A stretch of 64,000 nt of DNA from NCBI GenBank assembly GCA_965228875.1, contig OZ245843.1, positions 3,826,616-3,890,615 on the forward strand, read 5' to 3'. The notes under the pieces are model-generated. The model saw nothing but the letters and a program-made list of their open reading frames with translations, had not been told where the DNA came from and made no database searches. The position numbers and the translations under genes were made by a program. Positions 10,161 through 19,532 of this stretch are shown here, in pieces. The stretch is from Thalassobaculaceae bacterium. Lineage in GTDB: Bacteria > Pseudomonadota > Alphaproteobacteria > Thalassobaculales > Thalassobaculaceae. Within the stretch, counting starts at the first letter, position 1, and every line of letters begins with the position of its first letter.

Positions 10161-11189
10161 TCAGAGGCTCAGGTTGGTGAGGTTCTCACCCGCCGTGCGG
10201 TAGCCTTCGAGATCGGCGGTCGGCAGCGGGATCAGACCCTTGTCGGTCAGATAGCCTTCCTGGCCGGCAGCCTTCTCGCTGGTGAACTCGGCGACGTACT
10301 CCTTCATGCCGGGGATGACGCCGACATGGGCGTTCTTCATGTAGAAGAACAGGGAGCGCGAGACGGGGTAGGAGCCGTCGGCGATGGCGTCGAAGGACGG
10401 CGCGGTGCCGTCGACGACCGAGCCATGGACCTTGTCGGCGTTCTGGTCGAGGAAGGAGAAGCCGAAGATGCCCAGGGCGGCCGGGTTGGCTTCCAGCTTC
10501 TGAACGATCAGGTTGTCGTTCTCGCCGGCCTCAACGAAGCGGCCGTCTTCGCGCATGGAGTCGGAGACCGCGCGGAACGGCTTCTTCTCCAGGGCCTCGA
10601 GCATCGGGAACTGCTCGGCGCCTTCGCGCATCACCAGCTCGACGAACGCGTCGCGGGTGCCGGAGGTCGGCGGCGGGCCCAGAACCTCGATCTCGGTATC
10701 CGGCAGGGACGGGTCGATCTGGGACCACTTGGTGTAGGGGTTGTCGACCAGCTTGCCGTCGACCGGGACCTGCTTGGCCAGAGCCATGAAGATCTGCTTG
10801 CGGGTCAGTTCGTAGGTCTCGGCCGCCTTCGAGTTGGCCAGCACGATGCCGTCGTAGCCGATCTTGATCTCGGTGATGTCGGTCACGCCGTTCTCGGCGC
10901 AGAGCTCGACCTCGGACTTCTTGATCCGACGCGACGCGTTGGTGAAGTCCGGATGCTCGGTGCCGACACCCTGGCAGAACAGCTTCAGACCGCCGCCGGA
11001 GCCGGTCGACTCGATGACCGGGGTCTTGAAGCCGGTGGTCTTGCCGAAGTTCTCCGCGACCACGGTGGCGAACGGGAACACGGTCGACGAGCCGACGATG
11101 CGGATTTGATCACGGGCCTCGGCCTGGGCCGTCATGGCGACGACGCCGAGCGCGGCGAGGGCGACCGCCTTGCCGAACGAGAAAGTCAT
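10161..11189 (-). CDS. pstS: phosphate ABC transporter substrate-binding protein PstS
   Basis: Signal peptide; IVGSSTV, TGSGGG, PPTSGTRDAF. Confidence 0.95.
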   Translation of the reverse strand: MTFSFGKAVALAALGVVAMTAQAEARDQIRIVGSSTVFPFATVVAENFGKTTGFKTPVIESTGSGGGLKLFCQGVGTEHPDFTNASRRIKKSEVELCAENGVTDITEIKIGYDGIVLANSKAAETYELTRKQIFMALAKQVPVDGKLVDNPYTKWSQIDPSLPDTEIEVLGPPPTSGTRDAFVELVMREGAEQFPMLEALEKKPFRAVSDSMREDGRFVEAGENDNLIVQKLEANPAALGIFGFSFLDQNADKVHGSVVDGTAPSFDAIADGSYPVSRSLFFYMKNAHVGVIPGMKEYVAEFTSEKAAGQEGYLTDKGLIPLPTADLEGYRTAGENLTNLSL

Positions 11190-11323
11190 GAGAATCCTCC
11201 AGTCTTTCACTTGGGAGGTTGCGCTTTCGCCGGATCCGCAGGGACGTTCGGGCATTCGAGAACCGCGATCCTGGTCCCGAGGATTGGCTGCGCCGACAAC
11301 TAAACATCGGGTGCCAACCTTTT

Positions 11324-11352
11324 AAGACAGAACTGTGAAACTTTGGTTACAG
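11324..11352 (-). promoter_or_regulatory. Pho box array upstream of pstS
   Basis: Minus strand CTGTAAC-CAAA-GTTTCAC-AGTT-CTGTCTT, 7-mers at 11-bp period resembling CTGTCAT. Confidence 0.7.
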
Positions 11353-11383
11353 AGCGGATTGAAATACTGTCGTCACAAAATTT

Positions 11384-12931
11384 TCACGCAGCGGTAATCG
11401 AACGCGATCCCGCCCGATCCGCCCCGTCTGCGGACGCCGCCTGCGCGCCGGCCTCCACGGCCCGAGGCAGGAACACCGACACCGTCGTTCCCTCGCCGCG
11501 TGTCGATTCGACGGCCAGCGCGCCGCGATGCCGGCCGACGATGTGCTTGACGATGGCGAGGCCGAGCCCGGTGCCGCCGAGCTCGCGCGACCGCGCGGTA
11601 TCGACGCGGTAGAACCGCTCGGTCAGCCGCGGAATGTGATCGGCCTCGATGCCCTCGCCGTGGTCCCGGACCCGCAGGGCGACGGCGTCGTCGCGCTTTC
11701 CCGGCCAGGCCGCGGGAACCTTTGCGGCGGGGGCCGCCGACACCTCGACGACCGTGCCGCTGCGTCCGTACTTGATGGCGTTGTCCATCAGGTTCTGCAG
11801 AACCTGGGTGAGCTGGTCCGGCTCGCCGACCACGGCGGGCAAGTCGCCGGCGATGTCGAGCTCGATGCGCATGTCCCTGCGCCGCGCCTCCAGGTCCAGG
11901 GTCGCCTTCACCCCCTCCACGATCGGCGCGAGGTGGATACGCTCGGTCGGCGGGCTGTGCTCGTTCGACTCGATCCGCGACAGCGACAGCAGGTCGTTGA
12001 CCAGCCGGCTCATCCGGTGGGCCTGAACCCGCATGATCTCCAGGAACCGGTCCCGGGCATCGCTGTCCTCGCGCGCGGGCCCCTGCAGGGTCTCGATGAA
12101 ACCCATCAGGGTGGAAAGCGGCGTGCGCAGCTCGTGGCTGACGTTGGCGACGAAATCGACCCGCATCTGCTCCGAGCGCCGAACGGCGGTGATGTCGACG
12201 AAGAGCAGAAGCGCGGAGGCCGGCCGCTCCTGGGCGTCGGCCAGGGTCTCGACCTGGGGTTCGACCAGGGTCTCGACCTGGACGGTGAAGGTCCGCTCCG
12301 TCGGTGCGGCGATCTCGAACTCCACCTCCGCCGTCGGCTTTCCGGCCAGTGCGCCGCGCACCGCCGCCAGAACCGCCGGGTGACGGATCACCGCCGACAG
12401 GTCGCGACCCTCGATCCGCTGGCCGAACTGGCTCTGGGCTGCCTTGTTGGCTCCGACGATGCGCGAACGGGAGTCGACCACCAGCAGGGGATCGGGGATC
12501 GCCTGGATCACGCGGGTCCGGGTCTCCGACTCCCGGTGGGCCGCGTCCATCCAGGTCGAGAGCTGACGGTCGGCGCGCTCCAGCGACAGGGCCAGATCGG
12601 CCGAGGGCCCGGTGTCGCCGATCAGCGAGATGGCGCCGCGCCGGTCGGCCAGCGCCGTCTCCAGGTCGGGGGCCTGGGCGCGCTCGTCGAGATGCTGGCG
12701 CAGGATCGCCAGCTCGCGCAGGTGCCGACGCACGACGAACGCCATGGCGCCATAGGTGGCACCCACGGCGCCGACCGTGACGAGCGCATCGATCCTTCCG
12801 GCCGCCGCCAGGCCGACGAACAGCAGCGTCGGGACCAGGGCCAGCAGACCGGACATCCGCAACACCGTGCCCCAGGCCGGGGCCGCGACGGCGCGGGGGC
12901 GATCCTCTTGTATCGAGCGGGTGTCCGCCAT
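11384..12931 (-). CDS. phoR: phosphate regulon sensor kinase PhoR
   Basis: N-terminal TM, PAS-like region, DFVANVSHELRTPL, ERFYRVD..RSRELGGTGLGLAIVKH. Confidence 0.93.
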   Translation of the reverse strand: MADTRSIQEDRPRAVAAPAWGTVLRMSGLLALVPTLLFVGLAAAGRIDALVTVGAVGATYGAMAFVVRRHLRELAILRQHLDERAQAPDLETALADRRGAISLIGDTGPSADLALSLERADRQLSTWMDAAHRESETRTRVIQAIPDPLLVVDSRSRIVGANKAAQSQFGQRIEGRDLSAVIRHPAVLAAVRGALAGKPTAEVEFEIAAPTERTFTVQVETLVEPQVETLADAQERPASALLLFVDITAVRRSEQMRVDFVANVSHELRTPLSTLMGFIETLQGPAREDSDARDRFLEIMRVQAHRMSRLVNDLLSLSRIESNEHSPPTERIHLAPIVEGVKATLDLEARRRDMRIELDIAGDLPAVVGEPDQLTQVLQNLMDNAIKYGRSGTVVEVSAAPAAKVPAAWPGKRDDAVALRVRDHGEGIEADHIPRLTERFYRVDTARSRELGGTGLGLAIVKHIVGRHRGALAVESTRGEGTTVSVFLPRAVEAGAQAASADGADRAGSRSITAA

Positions 12932-13022
12932 GTCTCCTCCGATGCCGCACCGGCATCATCCGATCAGACGATGGCGCCCGGACGGCGGCGGCCCCCGACG
13001 GCGGGGGCCGTCCGTCCCGCCG

Positions 13023-15289
13023 TCAGCCGATCGTCGCTTCGTGGGCCGCGATCGCGGCGGCGTTCACGATGTCGGTGACGCTGGCGCCCATCTGGACGAT
13101 CTGCGCCGGCTTCTCCAATCCCATCAGCATCGGGCCGATCACCGATCCGCCGGCGAAACGCTGCAGGAGCTTGTAGGAGATGTTGGCCGAATGCAGCGCC
13201 GGCATGACCAGCACGTTGGCCGGCCCGGACAGGCGGCAGAACGGGTAGAGCCGTCGCACCTCCGGGTCCAGCGCCACGTCCGCCGACATTTCGCCGTCAT
13301 ACTCGAAATCGACATCGCGGCTGTCCAGGATGTCCACCGCCTCGCGGATCCTGAGCGCCTTCTCGCGCAGCGGGTTGCCGAAATTCGAGAACGACAGCAG
13401 CGCCACGCGCGGTTCGTGCCCGAAGGCCCGGGCCGCCGCCGCCGTCTGGCAGGCGATGTCCGCCAGTTCGTGGGGGTCCGGCAGCTCGTGCACGTTGGTG
13501 TCGGCAATGAAGACCGTGCGGCCGCGCGAGATCACCATGGTGACCGCCATCAGCAGCTGGTTCGGCTTGCAGTCGATCACCCGGGTCACGTCGTCCGCGG
13601 ACACCCCGAAACTGCGCGTCAGGCCGGTGACCATGCCGTCCGCATCGCCCATCGCCACCATGCAGGCGGCGAAGATGTTGCGGTCCTGGTTCACCATGCG
13701 CTGGCAGTCACGTTGCATCGCGCCCCTCCTCTGGAGACGCTTATAAAGGAACTCTATGTACTTTTCGTTGAACTCGGACACGCGGGCGTTCTGAATCTCC
13801 AGCGACTCCGCGCCGGCGATGCCCATCTCCCCGATCTTCGAGCGGATGCGGTCCTCGCGGCCGATCAGGACGGCGCGGCCGAACCCGCCGTTCTGGAACG
13901 CCAGGGCGGCGCGGATCGTCTTCTCCTCCTCGCCCTCGGCGAACACCACGCGTTTGTCCGCCTCGCGGATGCGGTCGAAGATGTTCTGCAGGCTGGCGGC
14001 GGTCGGGTCGAGCCGGGCGCCGAGCTCGGCCGGTAGGCGTCCATGTCCTCGATCCGCCGCCGCGCGACGCCGGTGTCCATCGCCGCCTGGGCGACGGCGG
14101 CGGAGACGTGGACGATCAGCCGGGGATCGAACGGGGCGGGGATGATGTAGTCCCGCCCGTAGTGCAGGCGGCGTCCCGAGTAGGCGGCGTCGACCTCGTC
14201 CGGAACGTCCTCGCGCGCCAGTTCGGCGAGGGCGTGGGCGGCGGCGATCTTCATGTCCTGATTGATCTCCGAGGCCTGCACGTCGAGGGCGCCGCGGAAG
14301 ATGTAGGGGAAGCCCAGGACGTTGTTGACCTGGTTCGGATAGTCCGAGCGACCGGTGGCCATGATGGCGTCGTCGCGCACCGACTGGACATCCTCGGGCG
14401 TGATCTCCGGATCCGGGTTGGCCATGGCGAAGATGATCGGGTTGTCGGCCATGGACTTGACCATGTCCTTGGTCACCGCCCCCTTGACCGACAGGCCGAA
14501 GAAGGCATCCGCCCCCGCCATGGCGTCGGCCAGCGTCCGGTGATCGGTGACGACCGCGTGGGCCGACTTCCACTGGTTCATGCCCTGCTCGCGGCCCTGG
14601 TACACGACGCCGCGGGTGTCGCAGATGATGATGTTGTCATGCGGCATGCCCATCGCCTTGAGCAGCTCGACGCCGGCGATCGAGGCGGATCCGGCCCCGT
14701 TGACGACCAGCTTCGTGGTCTTGATGTCGCGGCCGGTCAGGTGCATGGCGTTGATCAGTCCGGCGGCGGAGATGATCGCCGTGCCGTGCTGGTCGTCGTG
14801 GAACACCGGAATGTCGAGCAATTCCTTCAGGCGCTGCTCGATGATGAAGCATTCCGGCGCCTTGATGTCCTCGAGATTGATGCCGCCGAAGCTCGGGCCG
14901 AGGTAGCGCACGCAGTTCACGAACTCGTCCACGTCCTGGGTGTCGACCTCCAGGTCGATGCCGTCGACATCGGCGAAGCGCTTGAACAGGACCGCCTTGC
15001 CCTCCATCACCGGCTTGGAGGCGAGCGCGCCGATATTGCCGAGGCCGAGTACCGCCGTGCCGTTGGAGATCACCGCGACCACGTTGCCGCGGGAGGTGTA
15101 GTCGTAGGCGGTGTTCGGATCCTTCTCGATCTCCAGGCAGGGCACGGCCACGCCTGGGGAGTATGCGAGCGACAGTTCGCGCTGGGTCGTCAAGGGCTTG
15201 GTCGGCGTGATCTCGATCTTGCCGGGGCGCCCGGTCGAGTGGAACAGCAGCGCCTCGGTCTCGGCATCTGTGCGGTTGTCGGTGTCCAT
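13023..15289 (-). pseudogene. maeB: NADP-dependent malic enzyme with PTA domain (MaeB type), split by a 1-nt frameshift near 14030
   Basis: Malic enzyme domain ([30 protein letters not shown]) in one frame; PTA domain ([15 protein letters not shown]) in another; adding one base gives 755 aa. Confidence 0.85.
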
Positions 15290-15513
15290 GGTGTTCCGTT
15301 CGCTCCCTGATCCTGGCCGGCCCCGGAGACCCGGATCGGCGCCTGCGGCGGTGCGTCCGCCGTTGTCTACTGGCTTGACGTTAACGTTGCCGACCGGCAT
15401 GGGGAAGGCCTTCGCGGAAAAACAGTCTGTTACGGTCCGCCCCGACCCTCCCGTGCGGCCGGCGCCCATGGTAGGGTCGGCGTCCCCCATGCCCCCGTGA
15501 GCCAAGCCGTACC

Positions 15514-18204
15514 GTGTCCGCCGAGCCGTCTTCGCCTGCCTCCTCCGATCCGGACGCACGGATCGCGGCCCGCGCCGCCGGCGCGACGCCGATGTTCCAG
15601 CAGTATTTCGAGGTCAAGCGCGCCCACCCGGACGCGCTGCTGTTCTACCGCATGGGCGACTTCTACGAGCTGTTCTTCGAGGACGCCGTGGCCGCCGCGC
15701 GGGCGCTGGACATCACGCTGACCCAGCGTGGTCAGCACCAGGGCGAGCCGATCCCGATGTGCGGCGTACCGCACCACAGCTCCGAGGGATACCTGGCGCG
15801 GCTGATCCGCCAGGGTTTCCGGGTGGCGGTCTGCGAACAGACCGAGGACCCGGCCGAGGCGAAGAAGCGCGGCGGGAAGGCGGTGGTGAAGCGCGAGGTC
15901 ATCCGCGTGGTCACGCCCGGCACCCTGACCGAGGACACGCTGCTCGACGCGCGGCGACCGAACTACCTCGCCGCCCTGGCCGAGGCCGGTGGCGCGTTGG
16001 GCCTCGCCTGGGTCGATCTGTCCACCGGCGATTTCCAGACCCAGCCGGTCGACGGCCGCGGCCTGGAGGCGGCGCTGGCGCGGCTGGCGCCGTCGGAACT
16101 GATCCTGTCGGAGAAGCTGTACGGCGATCCGGGCCTGGAAGGGGGCCTCGCCGAGGTCAGGGACATCGCCCATCCGATGCCGGGCGCCCGGTTCGACAGC
16201 GAGAACGGACGCCGCCGGCTGGAGACCGCCTATGGGGTCAGCGCGCTCGACGCGTTCGGCGCCTTCTCCCGGCCCGAACTGGCGGCGGCCGGAGCGGTGG
16301 TCGACTATCTCGACCTGACCCAGAAAGGCAAGCGGCCCCGGCTGGCGGCGATCCGCCGCTGGTCGCCCGGCGGGGTGATGGAGATCGACGCCGCCACCCG
16401 CCGCAACCTGGAACTGACCCGCACGCTGTCGGGTGAACGGCGGGGCAGTCTGCTCGCCACCATCGACCGCACCCTGACCGGGGCGGGAGCGCGGCTGCTC
16501 ATGGCCCGCCTGTCGGCGCCGCTGACCGATCCGGCGGCGATCGACGCGCGGCTGGACGGCGTTTCCTTCTTCCTGGAGGCGGAGCGCGCCCGGCGCGATC
16601 TGCGGGAGATCCTCGCCCGCATTCCGGATATCGACCGGGCCCTGTCGCGCCTGGCCCTGGATCGCGGCGGGCCGCGCGACCTGGCGGCGATCCGCGGCGC
16701 CCTCGCCGAGATCGGACCGATCCGCGAGGCGGTGGCCCGCGCGCCTCTCAGCACGCCGCCGGCGGCCGTCGCCCGCGACCTCGACGATCTCGGCCGGCAC
16801 GACGAACTGGTCGGCCTTCTGGGCCGGGCCCTGTCCGAGGATCTGCCGCTTCTGGCCCGCGACGGGGGGCTTGTCGCGCCGGGCTACGCGCCGGAGCTGG
16901 ACCGGCTGCGCGGCCTGCGCGACGAGAGCCGGCGGATGATCGCCGCCCTGCAGGCCAGGTACGCGGGCGAGACCGGGGTGTCGGCGCTGAAGGTCAAGCA
17001 CAACAACGTGCTCGGCTATTTCATCGAGGTCTCGGCGACGAACGGCGACAAGGTGATGGGCCGCGACGGCTTCATCCATCGCCAGACCATGGCCAACGCC
17101 GTGCGTTTCTCCACCGTCGAGCTGGGCGAGCTGGAGAAGGAGCTGTCGACGGCGGCCGACAAGGCGCTAGCGGTCGAGATGGAGGTGTTCGCCGACCTCG
17201 TCGCGAGGGTCCTGGAGACGGCGGACGCCATCGCCATCGCCGCGGCCGCGCTCGCCCGGCTGGACGTGGCGGCCGCGCTGGCCGACCTGGCGGCGGCGCG
17301 CGACTGGTGCCGGCCGGCGGTGGATGACGGTCTCGGCTTCGAGGTGGCCGCCGGGCGTCATCCGGTGGTGGAGGCGAGCCTGCCGGACGGGCCGGGCGCC
17401 TTCGTCGCCAACGGCTGCACCCTGGTGCCCGACGACCGGGTCTGGCTGGTCACTGGCCCGAACATGGCGGGCAAGTCCACCTTCCTGCGGCAGAACGCGC
17501 TGATCGCCGTGCTGGCGCAGATCGGCTCCTTCGTGCCGGCCGCCTCGGCCCGGATCGGTGTGGTCGACCGGCTGTTCAGCCGGGTCGGCGCCGCCGACGA
17601 CCTGGCGCGGGGCCGCTCCACCTTCATGGTCGAGATGGTGGAGACGGCGGCGATCCTGAACCAGGCGGGCGCGCGGGCGCTGGTGATCCTGGACGAGATC
17701 GGCCGCGGCACGGCGACCTTCGATGGCCTCTCCATCGCCTGGGCAACCGTCGAGCACCTGCACGAGAGCAACCGCTGCCGCGCACTCTTCGCCACCCACT
17801 ACCACGAGCTGACGGTCCTGGCCGACCGGCTCTCGGCGCTGTCCTGCCACACCATGGCGGTGAAGGAGTGGAAGGACGACATCGTCTTCCTGCACGAGGT
17901 GGTGGCGGGAGCGGCCGACCGCTCCTACGGGATCCACGTCGCCAAGCTGGCCGGCCTGCCGGGCGCGGTGATCGACCGAGCCGGCGAGGTGCTGGAGCGG
18001 CTGGAGACGGGCGAGCAGGGCAAGGCGGCGACCACCCTGATCGACGACCTGCCGCTGTTCAGCGCTGCCGCCCCGAAGCCGCGGTCCGCCGAGCCGGCGG
18101 GCCCGACCCCGCTGGAGGCGGCGGTCCGCGCGCTGAACCCGGACGAGATGACCCCGCGGGAAGCGCTCGATGCTTTGTATGCGCTAAAAGGGCTTGTTAG
18201 CTGA
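15514..18204 (+). CDS. mutS: DNA mismatch repair protein MutS
   Basis: [42 protein letters not shown]. Confidence 0.98.
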   Translation: MSAEPSSPASSDPDARIAARAAGATPMFQQYFEVKRAHPDALLFYRMGDFYELFFEDAVAAARALDITLTQRGQHQGEPIPMCGVPHHSSEGYLARLIRQGFRVAVCEQTEDPAEAKKRGGKAVVKREVIRVVTPGTLTEDTLLDARRPNYLAALAEAGGALGLAWVDLSTGDFQTQPVDGRGLEAALARLAPSELILSEKLYGDPGLEGGLAEVRDIAHPMPGARFDSENGRRRLETAYGVSALDAFGAFSRPELAAAGAVVDYLDLTQKGKRPRLAAIRRWSPGGVMEIDAATRRNLELTRTLSGERRGSLLATIDRTLTGAGARLLMARLSAPLTDPAAIDARLDGVSFFLEAERARRDLREILARIPDIDRALSRLALDRGGPRDLAAIRGALAEIGPIREAVARAPLSTPPAAVARDLDDLGRHDELVGLLGRALSEDLPLLARDGGLVAPGYAPELDRLRGLRDESRRMIAALQARYAGETGVSALKVKHNNVLGYFIEVSATNGDKVMGRDGFIHRQTMANAVRFSTVELGELEKELSTAADKALAVEMEVFADLVARVLETADAIAIAAAALARLDVAAALADLAAARDWCRPAVDDGLGFEVAAGRHPVVEASLPDGPGAFVANGCTLVPDDRVWLVTGPNMAGKSTFLRQNALIAVLAQIGSFVPAASARIGVVDRLFSRVGAADDLARGRSTFMVEMVETAAILNQAGARALVILDEIGRGTATFDGLSIAWATVEHLHESNRCRALFATHYHELTVLADRLSALSCHTMAVKEWKDDIVFLHEVVAGAADRSYGIHVAKLAGLPGAVIDRAGEVLERLETGEQGKAATTLIDDLPLFSAAAPKPRSAEPAGPTPLEAAVRALNPDEMTPREALDALYALKGLVS

Positions 18205-18245
18205 AGCTGAATAGCGGCTCAGTTTGCAGTGAGCTGCTGCGACGG

Positions 18246-18292
18246 CTACCATATCTAGATTTTGTAATAATGTTTCACACAAAATCTATTGA
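18246..18292 (+). promoter_or_regulatory. tandem NrdR-box-like sites upstream of the tRNA
   Basis: CTACCATATCTAGATT (18246) and ACACAAAATCTATTGA (18277) compared with consensus acaCwAtATaTwGtgt; starts 31 bp apart. Confidence 0.55.
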
Positions 18293-18376
18293 ACATCAGG
18301 CCCTTTTCCAGGATCTTTAAATCTTACATGGCCAAAAAGAAGGGCCGCCAAGTTTGACGGCCCGTTGCCTCTCACT

Positions 18377-18480
18377 GGAGGCGTGGCTGAGTGGTTTATA
18401 GCACCGGACTCAAAATCCGACGGGGGTACGGCTCTCACACCTAAGGCCCCCCGTGGGTTCGAATCCCACCGCCTCCGCCA
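18377..18480 (+). tRNA. atypical tRNA: serine-type body with CAA (Leu) anticodon
   Basis: Acceptor GGAGGCG/CGCCTCC, G73, encoded CCA; D arm GCTG-AGTGGTTTA-TAGC; anticodon arm CCGGA-CTCAAAA-TCCGA; 32-nt variable region; T arm GTGGG-TTCGAAT-CCCAC. Confidence 0.9.
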
Positions 18481-18486
18481 TTTCCT

Positions 18487-18516
18487 GGGTGGTCCTTCGG
18501 GACCACCCTTTTTCTT
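18487..18516 (+). terminator. intrinsic terminator of the tRNA
   Basis: GGGTGGTCC-TTCG-GGACCACCC followed by TTTTTCTT. Confidence 0.9.
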
Positions 18517-18596
18517 ACGTTTTCACGTTAGCAAGCCAACAAATTCAAATCGACTCGATTCTGCCCCGATTCGATTCGCCAGTAAAGAATAAAAAT

Positions 18597-18620
18597 GCCA
18601 TTTTAATTGAATAAAATGGC
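18597..18620. promoter_or_regulatory. inverted repeat (putative operator) over the start of the small ORF
   Basis: GCCATTTTA-ATTGAA-TAAAATGGC, perfect 9-bp arms; the right arm contains the ATG. Confidence 0.55.
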
Positions 18621-18864
18621 TACTCATTCAAAATCTTCTCGCGGCAGAGGTCGGCCGAAGAACGAGACAGACACCGTACAGATCACGCTCGCTGTACCGC
18701 CGAGATTGCATGCCTATCTCCGATATCTGGCACAGAACACGATGATGGGACCGTCGGCCCCAGCTGTGGCTCTATATGTGTTGACTAAGCAATTGGAAGA
18801 AATGCGGTTATCCGGCTATCAAGAGCCTGAACTGCCCAGTAACAACTCACCAGAAAATCAATAA
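18616..18864 (+). CDS. small putative ribbon-helix-helix DNA-binding protein
   Basis: 82 aa; RGRGRPK basic motif, beta-like VQITLAV, then two predicted helices; AT-rich codon usage. Confidence 0.6.
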   Translation: MATHSKSSRGRGRPKNETDTVQITLAVPPRLHAYLRYLAQNTMMGPSAPAVALYVLTKQLEEMRLSGYQEPELPSNNSPENQ

Positions 18865-18865
18865 A

Positions 18866-19459
18866 CTAGGGCCGGCCCGTCCTGAGCGTGGCATCGATCA
18901 GTCGGGTGATCGCCGCGCAGTAGGGGGCTGGATCCGCTCCGCCGGCGATCGCCAGGGCGGCCCGGTCGAAGGCGGCGGACAGACAGTCGGCCAGGGCGTC
19001 GAGCTCGGCCGGGTCGATCCGCGGCATCGCGGCGTCGAGCCCCCGGCGCAGGGTGTCGCCGCCCTGCTCCCTGTCCAGCGCCGCCATGGCTTCCGGCCCG
19101 AGCACGGCCGGCCCGTCCAGCAGCAGCAGTCGGGCCCGTCCGGGCTCCGTCATCGCCGCGAAATAGGCGCCGGTTCCCTCGATCAGCGCCTGGCGCGGCG
19201 AAATCTCCGGTCCCGTCGCCCGTTCGATGGCGCCGGACAGGGCGGCGGCCTCGGCGGCGACCACGGCCCGGAACAGGTCGGCCTTGTCGGCGAAGTGATG
19301 GTAGAGCGCGCCCCGTGTGACCCTGGCGGCGGCCACGATCTCCGGCGTGCCGGTCTCCCCGTATCCCTTCTCCACGAACAGCGTGCGGGCCGCGGCGATC
19401 AGCGCCGCCTTGGTCGCGGCCGTGCGGGACTCGTTCGATCGGCGCGATGTCTGTTGCAT
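18866..19459 (-). CDS. TetR-family transcriptional regulator
   Basis: [10 protein letters not shown]...[12 protein letters not shown] helix-turn-helix. Confidence 0.92.
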   Translation of the reverse strand: MQQTSRRSNESRTAATKAALIAAARTLFVEKGYGETGTPEIVAAARVTRGALYHHFADKADLFRAVVAAEAAALSGAIERATGPEISPRQALIEGTGAYFAAMTEPGRARLLLLDGPAVLGPEAMAALDREQGGDTLRRGLDAAMPRIDPAELDALADCLSAAFDRAALAIAGGADPAPYCAAITRLIDATLRTGRP

Positions 19460-19509
19460 ACATACAGCCTGTATGTTAATTCGCATTCACTTACATACAA
19501 ACTGTACGT
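19460..19509. promoter_or_regulatory. two TetR-type operators between the divergent tetR and VOC genes
   Basis: ACATACAG-C-CTGTATGT (perfect, 19460-19476) and ACATACAA-A-CTGTACGT (19493-19509). Confidence 0.75.
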
Positions 19510-19532
19510 ATCTGTCTCGGAGGGCGATAGCC

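Noticed and set aside
18377..18480. Reading the tRNA as tRNA-Sec (UCA) or as an ordinary tRNA-Leu
   Set aside because: UCA sits at loop positions 33-35, out of register. The 7-bp acceptor stem and short D stem are unlike tRNA-Sec, and there are no sel genes nearby. Leu identity elements (A73, A15:U48) are absent.
18365..18592. 75-aa ORF overlapping the tRNA
   Set aside because: It is a translation of the tRNA and its terminator, with no protein-like features.
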